Source of the DNA: Candidatus Latescibacterota bacterium
GTDB taxonomy: Bacteria; Latescibacterota; UBA2968; GCA-2709665
Direction of reading: 5' to 3'
Length of the DNA: 64,000 nt
Assembly (NCBI GenBank): GCA_965208835.1
Contig: OZ242358.1
Span: forward strand, 160,001 to 224,000
Shown piece after piece: positions 48,895-59,732 of this stretch. Within the stretch, counting starts at the first letter, position 1. Each line of letters begins with the position of its first letter. The notes under the pieces are model-generated. The model was not told where the DNA came from and made no database searches. It worked only from the letters and a program-made list of their open reading frames with translations. A program made the translations under genes and the position numbers.

Positions 48895-51285
48895 GTGATC
48901 GCGAACTACCTGAAAGTCGCCATTCGCAACCTGATGAGGAACAAGACGTTTTCGGCCATCAACATCCTGGGTCTTGCGATCGGCATGGCCAGCTGCATGC
49001 TCATTCTACTCTACGTTCAGGATGAACTGAGCTATGACCGGCACCATGAAAACGCGGATCGAATCTTCCGGCTCGCTGATGAGGTCCGCGTGAGTGGGAA
49101 GACACATCGTGTTGCGGTTACGCCGTTCCAGATGGGTCCGGCTCTCGTGCAGGACTATTCAACAGTTGTCGATGCCGTGAGGTTTTTCAGGGGTATCGGC
49201 GAAAAAACACTGGTTGAAACCAGGGAGGAAAATTTCTACGAGCCGGGCGTCATGTTCACGGATTCGAACATCTTTCGGGTCTTTGACTTTCCACTGAGCA
49301 ACGGAGATCCTCAAACGGCGCTTCGGGAACCCTATTCCATTGTTCTGTCTGCAGCAATGGCTCGGAAATATTTCGGCGACGACGACCCGATGGGGCGGCC
49401 CCTCTCGGTGGACCGGAAGTTGTATAAGGTCACCGGCATATTGGAAGAACCCACGTACAACACCCATTTACAGTTCGATTTTCTGGCGACGCCCATAGAA
49501 AGTGACGACGACGGCTGGATCGCTCACAGCTATTATACCTATCTGCTCTTGCGGGACGAAAATGCCGCGTTTGAGTTGGAGCAGGCATTGCCCGATTTTG
49601 TCGAGCGGCATATTCGCGACAGAGACAAAGCCAGGCGGATTCAGATGAAACCCTTCCTGCAGTCCTTGACCGATATTTATTTGCATTCCAGCCTGGAATT
49701 TGAAGCCAGTCCAAACGGGGACATCAGATATGTCTACCTGTTCATTGCAATTGCGCTCTTTGTGTTGCTGCTGGCGTGCATTAATTATACGATCCTTTCG
49801 ACCGCGAATTGCACGCACCGGTCAAAGGAGGTGGGCCTGCGGAAAGTGGTCGGCGCAAAACGGCAACAGATGATTTTTCAGTTTCTGGGCGACTCGACCC
49901 TGATCGCCTCAATTTCCACAATTGTCGCCGTCGTGTTCGTCGAGATTGTGCTACCCACGTTTGGTGCCTTTACTGAACGCAACCTGAATCTTGAATATCT
50001 GCGAGGCAGTGGCCTCGTGTTTGGCTTCATTGGCATTGTACTGTTTACAGGGGTACTGTCCGGAAGCTATCCCGCCATGTTTCTCTCCTCCTTTCAGCCG
50101 GTTGCCGCACTGAAGGGTCTGGCGCGTGCCGGTTCCAACAAACTGAGTTTGCAAAGGACGCTTGTCGTCGTTCAGTTTGCCATTTCAATCGTACTTTTGA
50201 TTGGGACGGGTGTGGTTTACGACCAGGCGGGTTTCATACGCAACAAGCGACTTGGATTTCAAAAAGAGCACGTGCTCGTAATGCCCTACGGCGATAGGGA
50301 TGCCATGGAGGGATATAAGAACGCAGTTTCAGCGTACAGTTCGGTATTGGACGTCTCCGCGTCGTCGACCGTGCCGGGGCGGAAGATCGCAAGTCACTTC
50401 TTTCGCCCGGTTATCGAGGGCGGAAGCAGCGATGCGTCGGTATTCAACGTGGTATTTGCGGGTCACGGGTTTATCTCGACGTTTGGATTCGAAGTATCGG
50501 AGGGGCGTGCCTTTTCGAAGGAATTCCGTAGCGATCGACTCGGGACATTCATGCTCAATCAGGCGGCGATGCGGAAATTGGGGTGGGCTTCCTGTAAGGA
50601 CAAGAAACTGGCGCACGTCTTTCCGGAAGGCGGTCGATTCGAGGTGAACGTCCAGGGAAATGTCGTGGGCGTTGTAAAGGACTTTCACTACATGTCTCTG
50701 CATCACGAAATCGAACCCCTTGTAATCATGCTCGTGGACAGGGGATGGGTAAACTACCTGTCGATCCGGATCCTACCGGATGACGTTGCCGGCACGCTGG
50801 ATTTTCTGAAAACCCGTTGGCGCGACGTCGTGCCGGATACGCCGTTTGAATATTCGTTCCTGGACACGTCTTTCGACCAGCTATACCGGACGGAAGCTCG
50901 ACTTGGGACGCTTCTCGGCGTGTTCTCCATCCTGGCGATTGTCGTGGCGGGCCTCGGACTGTTCGGCCTGGCGTCCATCAGTGTGCAGCAAAGGACCAAG
51001 GAAATTGGTATCCGGAAGGCGGTGGGGGCATCCGTTACCAACGTTGTCTTGCTATTGTCCAGGGAGTATGTCGTGCTTGTGGGGATTGCCAATCTGGTCG
51101 CCTGGCCGATTGCCTATTATGCAATGAACCGGTGGCTGGAGAATTTCGCGTACCGGGTTGATCCGGCGATTGCCACGTTTATTCTGGGGGGATTGTTGTC
51201 GTTGAGCATTGCGCTTCTTACAGTTGGCTACAAGACCTGTAAAGCAGCAGTGGCGAATCCAGTGGACGCGCTGCGGTATGAATGA
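48895..51285 (+). CDS. Duplicated MacB/FtsX-like ABC permease P2 (most divergent paralogue)
   Basis: Same architecture: KVAIRNL, EVGLRKVVGA, RTKEIGIRK, ANPVDALRYE; GTG start. Confidence 0.93.
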   Translation: MIANYLKVAIRNLMRNKTFSAINILGLAIGMASCMLILLYVQDELSYDRHHENADRIFRLADEVRVSGKTHRVAVTPFQMGPALVQDYSTVVDAVRFFRGIGEKTLVETREENFYEPGVMFTDSNIFRVFDFPLSNGDPQTALREPYSIVLSAAMARKYFGDDDPMGRPLSVDRKLYKVTGILEEPTYNTHLQFDFLATPIESDDDGWIAHSYYTYLLLRDENAAFELEQALPDFVERHIRDRDKARRIQMKPFLQSLTDIYLHSSLEFEASPNGDIRYVYLFIAIALFVLLLACINYTILSTANCTHRSKEVGLRKVVGAKRQQMIFQFLGDSTLIASISTIVAVVFVEIVLPTFGAFTERNLNLEYLRGSGLVFGFIGIVLFTGVLSGSYPAMFLSSFQPVAALKGLARAGSNKLSLQRTLVVVQFAISIVLLIGTGVVYDQAGFIRNKRLGFQKEHVLVMPYGDRDAMEGYKNAVSAYSSVLDVSASSTVPGRKIASHFFRPVIEGGSSDASVFNVVFAGHGFISTFGFEVSEGRAFSKEFRSDRLGTFMLNQAAMRKLGWASCKDKKLAHVFPEGGRFEVNVQGNVVGVVKDFHYMSLHHEIEPLVIMLVDRGWVNYLSIRILPDDVAGTLDFLKTRWRDVVPDTPFEYSFLDTSFDQLYRTEARLGTLLGVFSILAIVVAGLGLFGLASISVQQRTKEIGIRKAVGASVTNVVLLLSREYVVLVGIANLVAWPIAYYAMNRWLENFAYRVDPAIATFILGGLLSLSIALLTVGYKTCKAAVANPVDALRYE

Positions 51286-51560
51286 GGGCGGACGTGCTGC
51301 CGCTCAGGTATCGATATGTGCAATCCACGCGGGAATGACCCGATGCTGCTGCAGATCATTCGTCGGCCTGGGGGCACCCTTCGACAAGCTCAGGGCGAGT
51401 GCTCAGGGACCGCAGGCTCAGTGCAAGTCCTCTGGATGACAGTTCGGGCGACCGTGTGATGGTCCGACCGTAGGGGCAGGTTTCAAACCTGCCCATGTCG
51501 ATGTGTCCGCGGATGCCTTGCGATCACGAGTGTCGGCTTCCGCAGAGTGGCAGCAAAGTG

Positions 51561-51860
51561 GGCAGACAGGAATGTCCGCCCCACCCTCACACCGGCATCC
51601 TCAGATTGACAGCCTGTGCCGACATCTGACCGATACATTTCGCCAATGGTTATTGCAAAGAGTGTCATTCTGAGCGTAGCCGAAGAATCTCCCGTCTTCT
51701 CGATTGTCCACGAGGTAGAAACCCGCGTAAGCACATGTGCGCGGACGCTTCGCCAGTCGATGTGGAAGATCCAAACAACAGGGAGCCTGTCGATGTTCTG
51801 GAATTACCTCAAGGTGGCATATCGGAATCTGCTTCGGCACCCGCTCTATGCCGCGATCAA
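51561..51860. repeat. 300-bp exact repeat (= 57556-57855) covering leader and 5' end of P3/P5
   Basis: Base-by-base identity at offset 5995; diverged copy at ~45750-45990. Confidence 0.92.
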
Positions 51861-54153
51861 CGTGGTGGGTCTGGGCATAGCGATAGCGTTCTGCGTGCTG
51901 GCGTTCCTCTATGTGCGATACGAATGGACCTACGATGGTTTCCATGAGAACGCGGATCGGATTTACAGGGTTTATGTGGAAGATGACCGAGAGCGAAGTA
52001 TGTCCGGCGCACCGTCCGCATTGGCGCCGGCGATGGGGGAGGCGCATCCGGATGTTCGCATCGCGCGAATTGATTTTGATTGGAAATACCGATTCATTCA
52101 ACACCGAGGTACGAAGATACCGGAAACGATATACGTTGCAGATCCCGACATATTCGAAGTGTTCTCCTTTCCATTTCTGAAAGGGGACCCGGCGACGGCA
52201 CTTACGGATCCGCAGAGTGTCGTCATTACCGATAAGATCGCCGAGAAGTATTTCCAGGGTGAGGATCCGATTGGCAAGACACTATCAATCCAGACCGGTG
52301 ATGGCGCAAATGCCGGCATCCGGGATTTAACGGTTACGGGAATAGTCGAGTCGATCCCAAAGAATTCGAGTATTCGATTCGGATTTCTTACCAGGCTTGT
52401 TGTTACAGGCAATGAACCCATACGGTGGAAACACAGATTATTCGGAACCTACCTATTGCTGCCAGACGACGTTAACCCCTCCGAATTCGAGCGGCGGTTG
52501 AAAGATCTCGTGTCGAATTGGCCCAAAAGCCCAATATGGGAGAAATTAAAACTGCAGCCGCTTCGAGATATCCATTTCGATGCCATGGGCGTCGAACGTC
52601 GTCCGAGGGGCAATCCTGTTTATTCATACATCTTGGCAGGTATCGCAATGCTAGTGCTGGTCATAGCCTCGGTCAATTATACGAATCTTTCGGTGGGCAG
52701 GTCATTCTCTCGTTTTCGGGAAGTTGGAATTCGCAAAGTGGCCGGAGGTCTGCGAACCCAACTGGCGATGCAGTTCCTGGCGGAATCCGTACTGCTGACC
52801 TTGATCGCGCTCGGTCTTGGACTGGCGCTGGCCGAACTGTTCATGCCCGGCTTCAACAACCTGACCCGAATGGAGTTTTCTCATTCAGATCTGACGGATT
52901 CGACCGCTCCCGGTTTTCTGATTGTCCTGTTGCTGGTGGTAGGCATCGTTTCGGGCGGCTATCCCGCTTTTTTCGTGTCGAAATTTCTGCCGATTGACGC
53001 GCTTAAAGGGCAGATGAAATTGGAGCGAATGGGCCGCGTTAGACGTATGCTTGTGGTATTCCAGGTTGCGATCTCGGTTTTGTTGGTTGGGTGCACGACT
53101 GTCGTCGGCCGGCAACTGAATCTGATGACGACGAAACCGTTAGGTTTTAGCCCAAAGGACGTTGTTGTCGTCCACAATATGCTTGAGATGGAAGAAAGAG
53201 GTGTTGCCAGAGCCTACGAGGAGGCAGTGCAATCCTACCATACTGTGTTGTCGACCTCAAGAACAGGACACGCTTTCAGCAACAGGGTCCAGAGCTTTAT
53301 AGATGTGAAATTAAACGGCACAATATTGAATGAGGTTGAGATCCTCGACGGTGATCTTGGCTTATTGGAAACACTGGGTATACAGATGAAATCGGGTCGA
53401 GAATTCGAGAGAGAGGGCGACGCCAGGACGTCGTTACTCGTTAACGAGGCCATGGCCGAAAAGCTGGGATGGCAAACGCCTCTTGGAAAGACGCTACGAT
53501 TTGGCAGCGGTAACCGGAAATATACCGTGATCGGCGTGGTCCACAATTTCCACTTTCATTCGGTTCATCGTACCGTCAAGCCTGCTGTGGTACGCCTCAA
53601 TCCACCGACCGTTCGTGAACGAATGCTGATGGTCCGCATCCGACCGGACGACAGGGCGGGAACCGTTCGGTTCATGAAAGAGAAGTGGGAGGAAATGGCG
53701 CCCGACGAAGTGTTTTACTCTTCCTTTCTCAGGGACGACATTGACCGCCAATACCGGGAGGAACGTCGGTGGTTCAAAATCGTGGGCTACGCGACGTTCT
53801 TCGCGGTATTCATCGCCTGCCTGGGCGCTTTCGGGCTGACGTCGCTCACCGTGGCCAGGCGCACCAAGGAAATCGGGATCCGGAAGATTCTGGGCGCGCG
53901 CACGACACGTATCGTCGCCCTGCTGACCCGGGAATACGTGGTCCTCGTCGGTGTCGCCAGTCTGATTGCGTGGCCCGTCACCTTTCTCGTGGGTGAACGC
54001 TGGCTGCAGAATTTCGCGTATCGCGTGGATCCTGGGTTAGGGACTTTTCTGCTGGGGAGCGCGCTCATGCTTCTCGTGGTGCTCCTGGCCGTTAGCCTTC
54101 AGGTCACCCGGGCGGCGCGCGCGAATCCCGTGGACGCGCTCAGATATGAGTGA
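51793..54153 (+). CDS. Duplicated MacB/FtsX-like ABC permease P3
   Basis: Start MFWNYLKVAYRNL after GGGAG; the ORF-track N-terminal extension is translated repeat. Confidence 0.93.
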   Translation: MFWNYLKVAYRNLLRHPLYAAINVVGLGIAIAFCVLAFLYVRYEWTYDGFHENADRIYRVYVEDDRERSMSGAPSALAPAMGEAHPDVRIARIDFDWKYRFIQHRGTKIPETIYVADPDIFEVFSFPFLKGDPATALTDPQSVVITDKIAEKYFQGEDPIGKTLSIQTGDGANAGIRDLTVTGIVESIPKNSSIRFGFLTRLVVTGNEPIRWKHRLFGTYLLLPDDVNPSEFERRLKDLVSNWPKSPIWEKLKLQPLRDIHFDAMGVERRPRGNPVYSYILAGIAMLVLVIASVNYTNLSVGRSFSRFREVGIRKVAGGLRTQLAMQFLAESVLLTLIALGLGLALAELFMPGFNNLTRMEFSHSDLTDSTAPGFLIVLLLVVGIVSGGYPAFFVSKFLPIDALKGQMKLERMGRVRRMLVVFQVAISVLLVGCTTVVGRQLNLMTTKPLGFSPKDVVVVHNMLEMEERGVARAYEEAVQSYHTVLSTSRTGHAFSNRVQSFIDVKLNGTILNEVEILDGDLGLLETLGIQMKSGREFEREGDARTSLLVNEAMAEKLGWQTPLGKTLRFGSGNRKYTVIGVVHNFHFHSVHRTVKPAVVRLNPPTVRERMLMVRIRPDDRAGTVRFMKEKWEEMAPDEVFYSSFLRDDIDRQYREERRWFKIVGYATFFAVFIACLGAFGLTSLTVARRTKEIGIRKILGARTTRIVALLTREYVVLVGVASLIAWPVTFLVGERWLQNFAYRVDPGLGTFLLGSALMLLVVLLAVSLQVTRAARANPVDALRYE

Positions 54154-54757
54154 GGGACCGGCGCGCCCTCGCCCCGCTCCTCCCTGGTACGGAGAGAGAA
54201 GCAGCCGGGCTGCCTCTCAGGTATCGATAAGTGCAATCCACGCGGGAATGACCCGATGCTGCAGCAGATCATTCGTCAGCCTGGGGCACCCTTCGACCCT
54301 TCGACACCCTTCGACAAGCTCAGAGCGAGTGCTCAGGGAACAGGCTCGGCTTCTGCGACTCCCCCTCAAGGGGGGAGTGATGCGGAGGTTCAGACGCATG
54401 TGCAAATTGCGATAAATAACGTCGACGTGAAGAGGTATGAGCAAAAGTGGGCAGACAGGAATGTCCGCCCCACCCTCAAATCAGGCTTCCGCTCGTCAGG
54501 CTTTCGGCTTTCTCAGGACGACAGCGGGAAGCATCGTGCTCGGCTACCGGCCATCATGTCATTCAGAGCGGAGTCAAAGATCGCATATCGACGCGTGGTC
54601 ATTGCCTGTGCTGAGCCTGTCGAAGCAAGCTTGTCGAAATGCCCGTATTAAGCTTCCCTTCGCGGACGCTTCATAGGCTTGATCGATTCGGTTGCGGCCA
54701 GGCATAGCAAAGCAGCGCCAGGTAGATGTGAAAGAACAAAGACTAAGGAGTCAACTG

Positions 54758-57364
54758 ATGTTCTGGAATTACTTCAAGGTGGCATATCGGAATTTGTTAC
54801 GGCACCCGCTTTATGCCGCGATCAACGTGGTTGGTCTGGGCATCGCTATATCATTCTGCCTGCTTGCCTACCTGTTCGTGCGATACGAGTGGACCTACGA
54901 TGGCTTTCACGAAAACGCCGATAGGATCTATCGGGTCTACGCGGAATTTGAAGGCAGCATAACTTCAGAAGATACACCACGGGAATTGGGGCCTGCGTTG
55001 TCGGAAGCGCTGCCGGACGTCCATTCCGTGAGGATAAATCCCGGATTGCGCATTGTTCATGATCGAGGTCAGACGACGAAGGTAAATATCCTCCAGGCAG
55101 ATCCATCCATTCTCGACGTCTTCTCCTTTCCCCTAATCAAGGGAGACCCTGCCACCGCACTGGTGGCTCCGAACTACGTGGTGATTACCGAAACCATGGC
55201 TGCGAGATATTTCCCAGGACAGGATCCGATCGGAAAGTCGATTTCCGTTCAGGACGTCGAGCCGCTTGTATTGAATTTCGGGGGCGGAGGAGCAGATAAA
55301 GGTGACAACCAACGGACTGGTCAAAAAAAGGGTCCTGCCGGCGCACAGCCGGCCCCGGCGCTCACGGATCATCCCGGCGATGTATCCGGGGCAATGGTTT
55401 TGTCCTTCTCGATAAATCCACCATCTCCTGACACCAGGCAGGAAGCGCAGGAAAAACGTCCGACACAGGAATTGACGGTAACCGGTGTGATCAGGGACAT
55501 TCCCAGGAACTCCACCCTTCGCTTTGACTTTCTCTCCGCCTTAAATCCTGCGGCTCAGAAACGGGAATGGAACACCGTGAGCACTTTCGTCTTGCTGCCC
55601 AAAAATCTAAGCCCCCTGGAAATGGAGCGCCGGCTTGACGGCCTTTCCATACCGTGGCTGAGGAGCCGGCAGCCGGAAAAGCTGAAGCTGCAGGCGCTAA
55701 GAGACATCTACTTTGATTCGGGAGGCATACATACCCAAGTTGGCAGCACCCGCAGAACCAGCCGTCCAGGAAATCCCGCCCACTCGTATATCCTGGCGGG
55801 CATTGCGATGCTCGTACTGGTTGTGGCCGCGGTCAATTATACGAATCTCTCAGTGGGCCGTTCGTTCTCCCGTGCCCGGGAAGTTGGAATGCGCAAGGTT
55901 GCGGGAGGTCTGCGTACCCAACTTGCCAGGCAGTTTCTCGCGGAAGCGGTCCTGCTGACACTGATCGCATTTGCGCTCGGGCTGGCACTCGCCGAATTGT
56001 TCCTGCCGGGTTTCAACAGCCTGGTCAGCAGAAAATTCGCCCTTTCCGATCTGGCGGACTCCGACTCACTTGCATTTCTCTTAGCTATGGCGCTGGCCGT
56101 GGGCATTTGCGCAGGAGGTTACCCGGCTTTGTTCATGTCGGGGTTCATTCCGGTCGATGCGTTGAAGGGGCGGTTCAAGGCGGATCGCATGGGGACCTTC
56201 AGCCGGGCGCTCGTGGTATTCCAATTGGCCATCTCAACGGCGCTGGTGACCTGCATGACCATCGCGTCCATACAAATGGACAAACTGAAATCGAAACCGC
56301 TTGGTTTCGAGCCCGGCCATGTCGTCGTCGTTCGTCTATTCGGGATATTGGGAAGAATGAACCTGGCCAAAGCCTTTGAGGAGGCCGTCCGGCCGTACCA
56401 CTCCGTCTTGAACACGACGAGAACTGGACACGGTTTCAGCAGCTTAATGCGGAGCAGTTCCAACATCGGTTGGAAGGGGACGACACTTGAAGGCGTTGAG
56501 AATATATCCTGTGATACACGCTTCCTCGAGACAATGGGTATAAGGCTACTGGACGGGCGGAATTTCGAACGGGACAGCGATGCGGAGACGTCGGTCATCG
56601 TGAATGAAACGCTCGCCAGGACACTAGGATGGGACGCGCCTCTGGGCGAGTCGATTCGGCTAGGATGGGACGCGCCTCTGGGCGAGTCGATTCGGCTTGG
56701 CAGGAAGGACATGCAGGTTATCGGCGTCGTCAGCGATTTTCACTTCCGGTCCCTTCACCACACCATTGGTCCCGCGGTGCTGCAATTGCAGGCGACCTCG
56801 TCGTCCGGCAGGTCCCTGCCGGACTTCCGGGTCCTGCTGATGATTCGGATTCACCCCGAGAACGTCTTTGACACCCTGGATTTCCTGAGAGAGAAGTGGG
56901 ACGAAATTGTACCAGGTGTTCCCTTTGACCATAATTTCCTGGATGAGGAAATAGACCGTCAGTACAGGGAGGAAGAGAGGTGGTTCAAAATTGCGGGTTA
57001 CGCGACCTTCTTCGCCGTGTTTATTGCGTGCATGGGGGCATTCGGGCTGACGTCGCTCACCGTGGCCAGGCGGACCAAGGAAATCGGGATCCGGAAAACC
57101 CTTGGCGCGCCAACAACACGTATCGTCTCCATGCTGGCCCGGGAATATGTGATCCTCGTCGGCATTGCCGCTGTGATTGCATGGCCTGCCACCTACCTCG
57201 CCGCGGAGCGCTGGCTGCGAGACTTCGCGTATCGCGTGGATCCGGGGCTCGGTATGTTTCTGCTGGGAGGCCTGCTCATGCTTCTCATGGTACTCCTGGC
57301 GGTGAGTCTTCAGGTCACCCGGGCAGCCCGGGCGAATCCCGTGGACGCGTTGCGGTATGAGTGA
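54758..57364 (+). CDS. Duplicated MacB/FtsX-like ABC permease P4 (closest to P1)
   Basis: MFWNYFKVAYRNL after TAAGGAG; ends ANPVDALRYE. Confidence 0.93.
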   Translation: MFWNYFKVAYRNLLRHPLYAAINVVGLGIAISFCLLAYLFVRYEWTYDGFHENADRIYRVYAEFEGSITSEDTPRELGPALSEALPDVHSVRINPGLRIVHDRGQTTKVNILQADPSILDVFSFPLIKGDPATALVAPNYVVITETMAARYFPGQDPIGKSISVQDVEPLVLNFGGGGADKGDNQRTGQKKGPAGAQPAPALTDHPGDVSGAMVLSFSINPPSPDTRQEAQEKRPTQELTVTGVIRDIPRNSTLRFDFLSALNPAAQKREWNTVSTFVLLPKNLSPLEMERRLDGLSIPWLRSRQPEKLKLQALRDIYFDSGGIHTQVGSTRRTSRPGNPAHSYILAGIAMLVLVVAAVNYTNLSVGRSFSRAREVGMRKVAGGLRTQLARQFLAEAVLLTLIAFALGLALAELFLPGFNSLVSRKFALSDLADSDSLAFLLAMALAVGICAGGYPALFMSGFIPVDALKGRFKADRMGTFSRALVVFQLAISTALVTCMTIASIQMDKLKSKPLGFEPGHVVVVRLFGILGRMNLAKAFEEAVRPYHSVLNTTRTGHGFSSLMRSSSNIGWKGTTLEGVENISCDTRFLETMGIRLLDGRNFERDSDAETSVIVNETLARTLGWDAPLGESIRLGWDAPLGESIRLGRKDMQVIGVVSDFHFRSLHHTIGPAVLQLQATSSSGRSLPDFRVLLMIRIHPENVFDTLDFLREKWDEIVPGVPFDHNFLDEEIDRQYREEERWFKIAGYATFFAVFIACMGAFGLTSLTVARRTKEIGIRKTLGAPTTRIVSMLAREYVILVGIAAVIAWPATYLAAERWLRDFAYRVDPGLGMFLLGGLLMLLMVLLAVSLQVTRAARANPVDALRYE
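56624..56695 (+). repeat. Perfect in-frame 36-bp tandem duplication in P4
   Basis: CTAGGATGGGACGCGCCTCTGGGCGAGTCGATTCGG x2 (LGWDAPLGESIR x2). Confidence 0.95.
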
Positions 57365-57787
57365 TGGCGGCGACCCCTCCTTCAGCCCTTCGGCTCCCAC
57401 AGTATATTAGTCTAAGCCACCGAGAGACGGATACATTTCGACGAAGGCCTTAGAAAGTCATGTCATTCAGAGCGCAGCGAAGAATCTCCCGTCTACTCGA
57501 TTGAACGAGCATCGAGCGCCTCAATCAGCCCGTTTGCGCGGACGCTTCCACTGAAGGCAGACAGGAATGTCCGCCCCACCCTCACACCGGCATCCTCAGA
57601 TTGACAGCCTGTGCCGACATCTGACCGATACATTTCGCCAATGGTTATTGCAAAGAGTGTCATTCTGAGCGTAGCCGAAGAATCTCCCGTCTTCTCGATT
57701 GTCCACGAGGTAGAAACCCGCGTAAGCACATGTGCGCGGACGCTTCGCCAGTCGATGTGGAAGATCCAAACAACAGGGAGCCTGTCG

Positions 57788-59711
57788 ATGTTCTGGAATT
57801 ACCTCAAGGTGGCATATCGGAATCTGCTTCGGCACCCGCTCTATGCCGCGATCAATGTGGTGGGGCTGGGTATCGCGATAGCATTCTGTGTGTTGGCATA
57901 TCTGTATGCGCGTCACGAGTGGACCTACGACGCGTTTCACGAAAACGCCGATCGGATTTACAGGATCTATGCGGAGAATGACCGGGGACGAAGTATGTCG
58001 GGCGCTCCCGCCGCATTGGCGCCACTGTTGGCTGAGGCGCTTCCCGATCTTCGTATCGTGAGAATTAAGAGTCGATACCGCTTCATTCAATACCAAGGTA
58101 CGACGATAGAGGAAAGGATTCATCTCGTAGATCCCGCTGTTCTCGAAGTATTCTCCTTTCCTCTTCTGAAAGGGGATCGAGCAACCGTGCTGAACGACCC
58201 GCACAGTATCGTAATTACGGAGAATATGGCCGAAAAGTATTTCCCGGGTGAAGACCCGATGGGAAAATCGCTTACAATCCAGACTGGTGATGACCCAGAT
58301 GCCAGCATCCGTGAACTGAGGGTTACCGGGATAGTTGAGTCGGTCCCCAAGAATTCGAGTATTCGCTTTGGGTTTCTTTCCAGGCTTGATCTCTCGGCCA
58401 CCGATCCCAGAATGAAGCATAGATTGTTTACAACCTACTTATTGCTCCCTGAGAATTCGCGCCCGTCTGAAGTCCAGAGGCGATTGAAGGATCTCGTGTC
58501 AACATTGCCCAAGAGTCCAATTTGGAAAGAATTGAAACTGCAACCACTTCGTGATATTCACTTCAATACAAGGGGCGTTGGATTTGGGTCTGCGGCTAAT
58601 CCTGTCTATTCATACATCCTGGCGTGCATTGCATTGCTTGTGCTCGTGATTGCCGCGGTCAATTATACAAACCTATCCGTAGGCAGGTCATTCTCTCGTG
58701 TTCGGGAAGTTGGAATCCGCAAAGCGGCGGGGGGTCTGCGAACGCAACTGGCAATGCAGTCCCTGGCGGAATCTGTACTGCTGACATTGATCTCGCTCGG
58801 GCTTGGAATTGCGCTGGCCGAACTGTTCATGCCGGGCTTCAACAGCTTGACCCAAAAGGAGTTTTCACTTTCCGAACTGGCGGATTCGACCGCCCCCGGT
58901 TTTCTGATTGTCCTGTTGTTGGTCGTCGGGATCGTATCGGGAGGTTATCCCGCCTTTTTCGTGTCGAAATTCCTGCCGGTTGATGCGCTTAAAGGGCAGA
59001 TGAAATTGGAACGAACAGGCCGCATTAGACAGGTACTCGTGGTATTCCAGGTTGCGATCTCAATTGTATTGGTTGGGTGCACGACAATAGTAGCCCGGCA
59101 GTTGAACCTGATGACGACGAAGCCGTTGGGTTATAATCCGAATCATGTTCTGGTAGTCTTTAATATGCATAAATTGGGTTACGCAGGGTACAAGACCTAT
59201 CAGCAGATCGCGCGGGCATACCATGCCGTGTTGAAGGCGTCGGGAACAGGGCACGTTTTTAGCAACATGGTTCAGAGCTGGATCGATGTAAAATCAGACG
59301 GCACCTTGTTGAAAGACGTCCAGATTTTTGATGGTGAAATTGGCCTACTGCAAACCCTCGGTATACGACTTAAATCGGGTCGGGCCTTTGAGAGAGCGGG
59401 TGACGCACGTACGTCTGTTCTCGTAAACGAAGCCCTGGTTGAGAAATTGGGATGGAAAGCGCCTCTGGGTAAGACACTCGGGTTGGGTACCGGTGGCCGT
59501 AAATTGACGGTGATAGGCGTGGTTCATAATTTCCACTTTCAATCACTGCATCATCCTGTAAAACCTGCCGTTATGCTTCTTTTTCGTCATCCGAGGTCTT
59601 CTCCTCCACGAATGCTGATGCTTCGGATCCGTCCGGACGATAGTGCTGGTACCGTTCGTTTCCTGGAAGAGAAATGGAAGGAAATGGCGCCCGACCATGA
59701 GTTTTATTATT
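57788..59711 (+). pseudogene. Permease P5 (closest to P3), 3'-truncated by the IS1595 element
   Basis: Similarity to P3 ends at EMAPDHEFYYS exactly at the TIR; the last TM helices and NPVDALRYE are missing. Confidence 0.9.
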
Positions 59712-59732
59712 CGCGAATACAAGATATGGGCT

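Noticed and set aside
51606-51639. TTGACA in the P3/P5 leader as an internal sigma70 promoter
   Set aside because: The best -10 (TACATT) is 22 bp away; spacing is unsuitable
51616-51792. Identical 59-aa N-terminal extensions of P3 and P5
   Set aside because: Translation of the repeated leader; an SD-like GGGAG and paralogue alignment place the start at MFWNY
45623-57579. Five identical 24-bp palindromes as a possible CRISPR array
   Set aside because: Copies are ~3 kb apart and separated by genes rather than 30-40-bp spacers; no cas genes
45920-59711. Diversity-generating retroelement or invertase shufflon acting on the permeases
   Set aside because: No reverse transcriptase or recombinase in the window, no adenine-specific TR/VR pattern noticed, and all genes are co-directional
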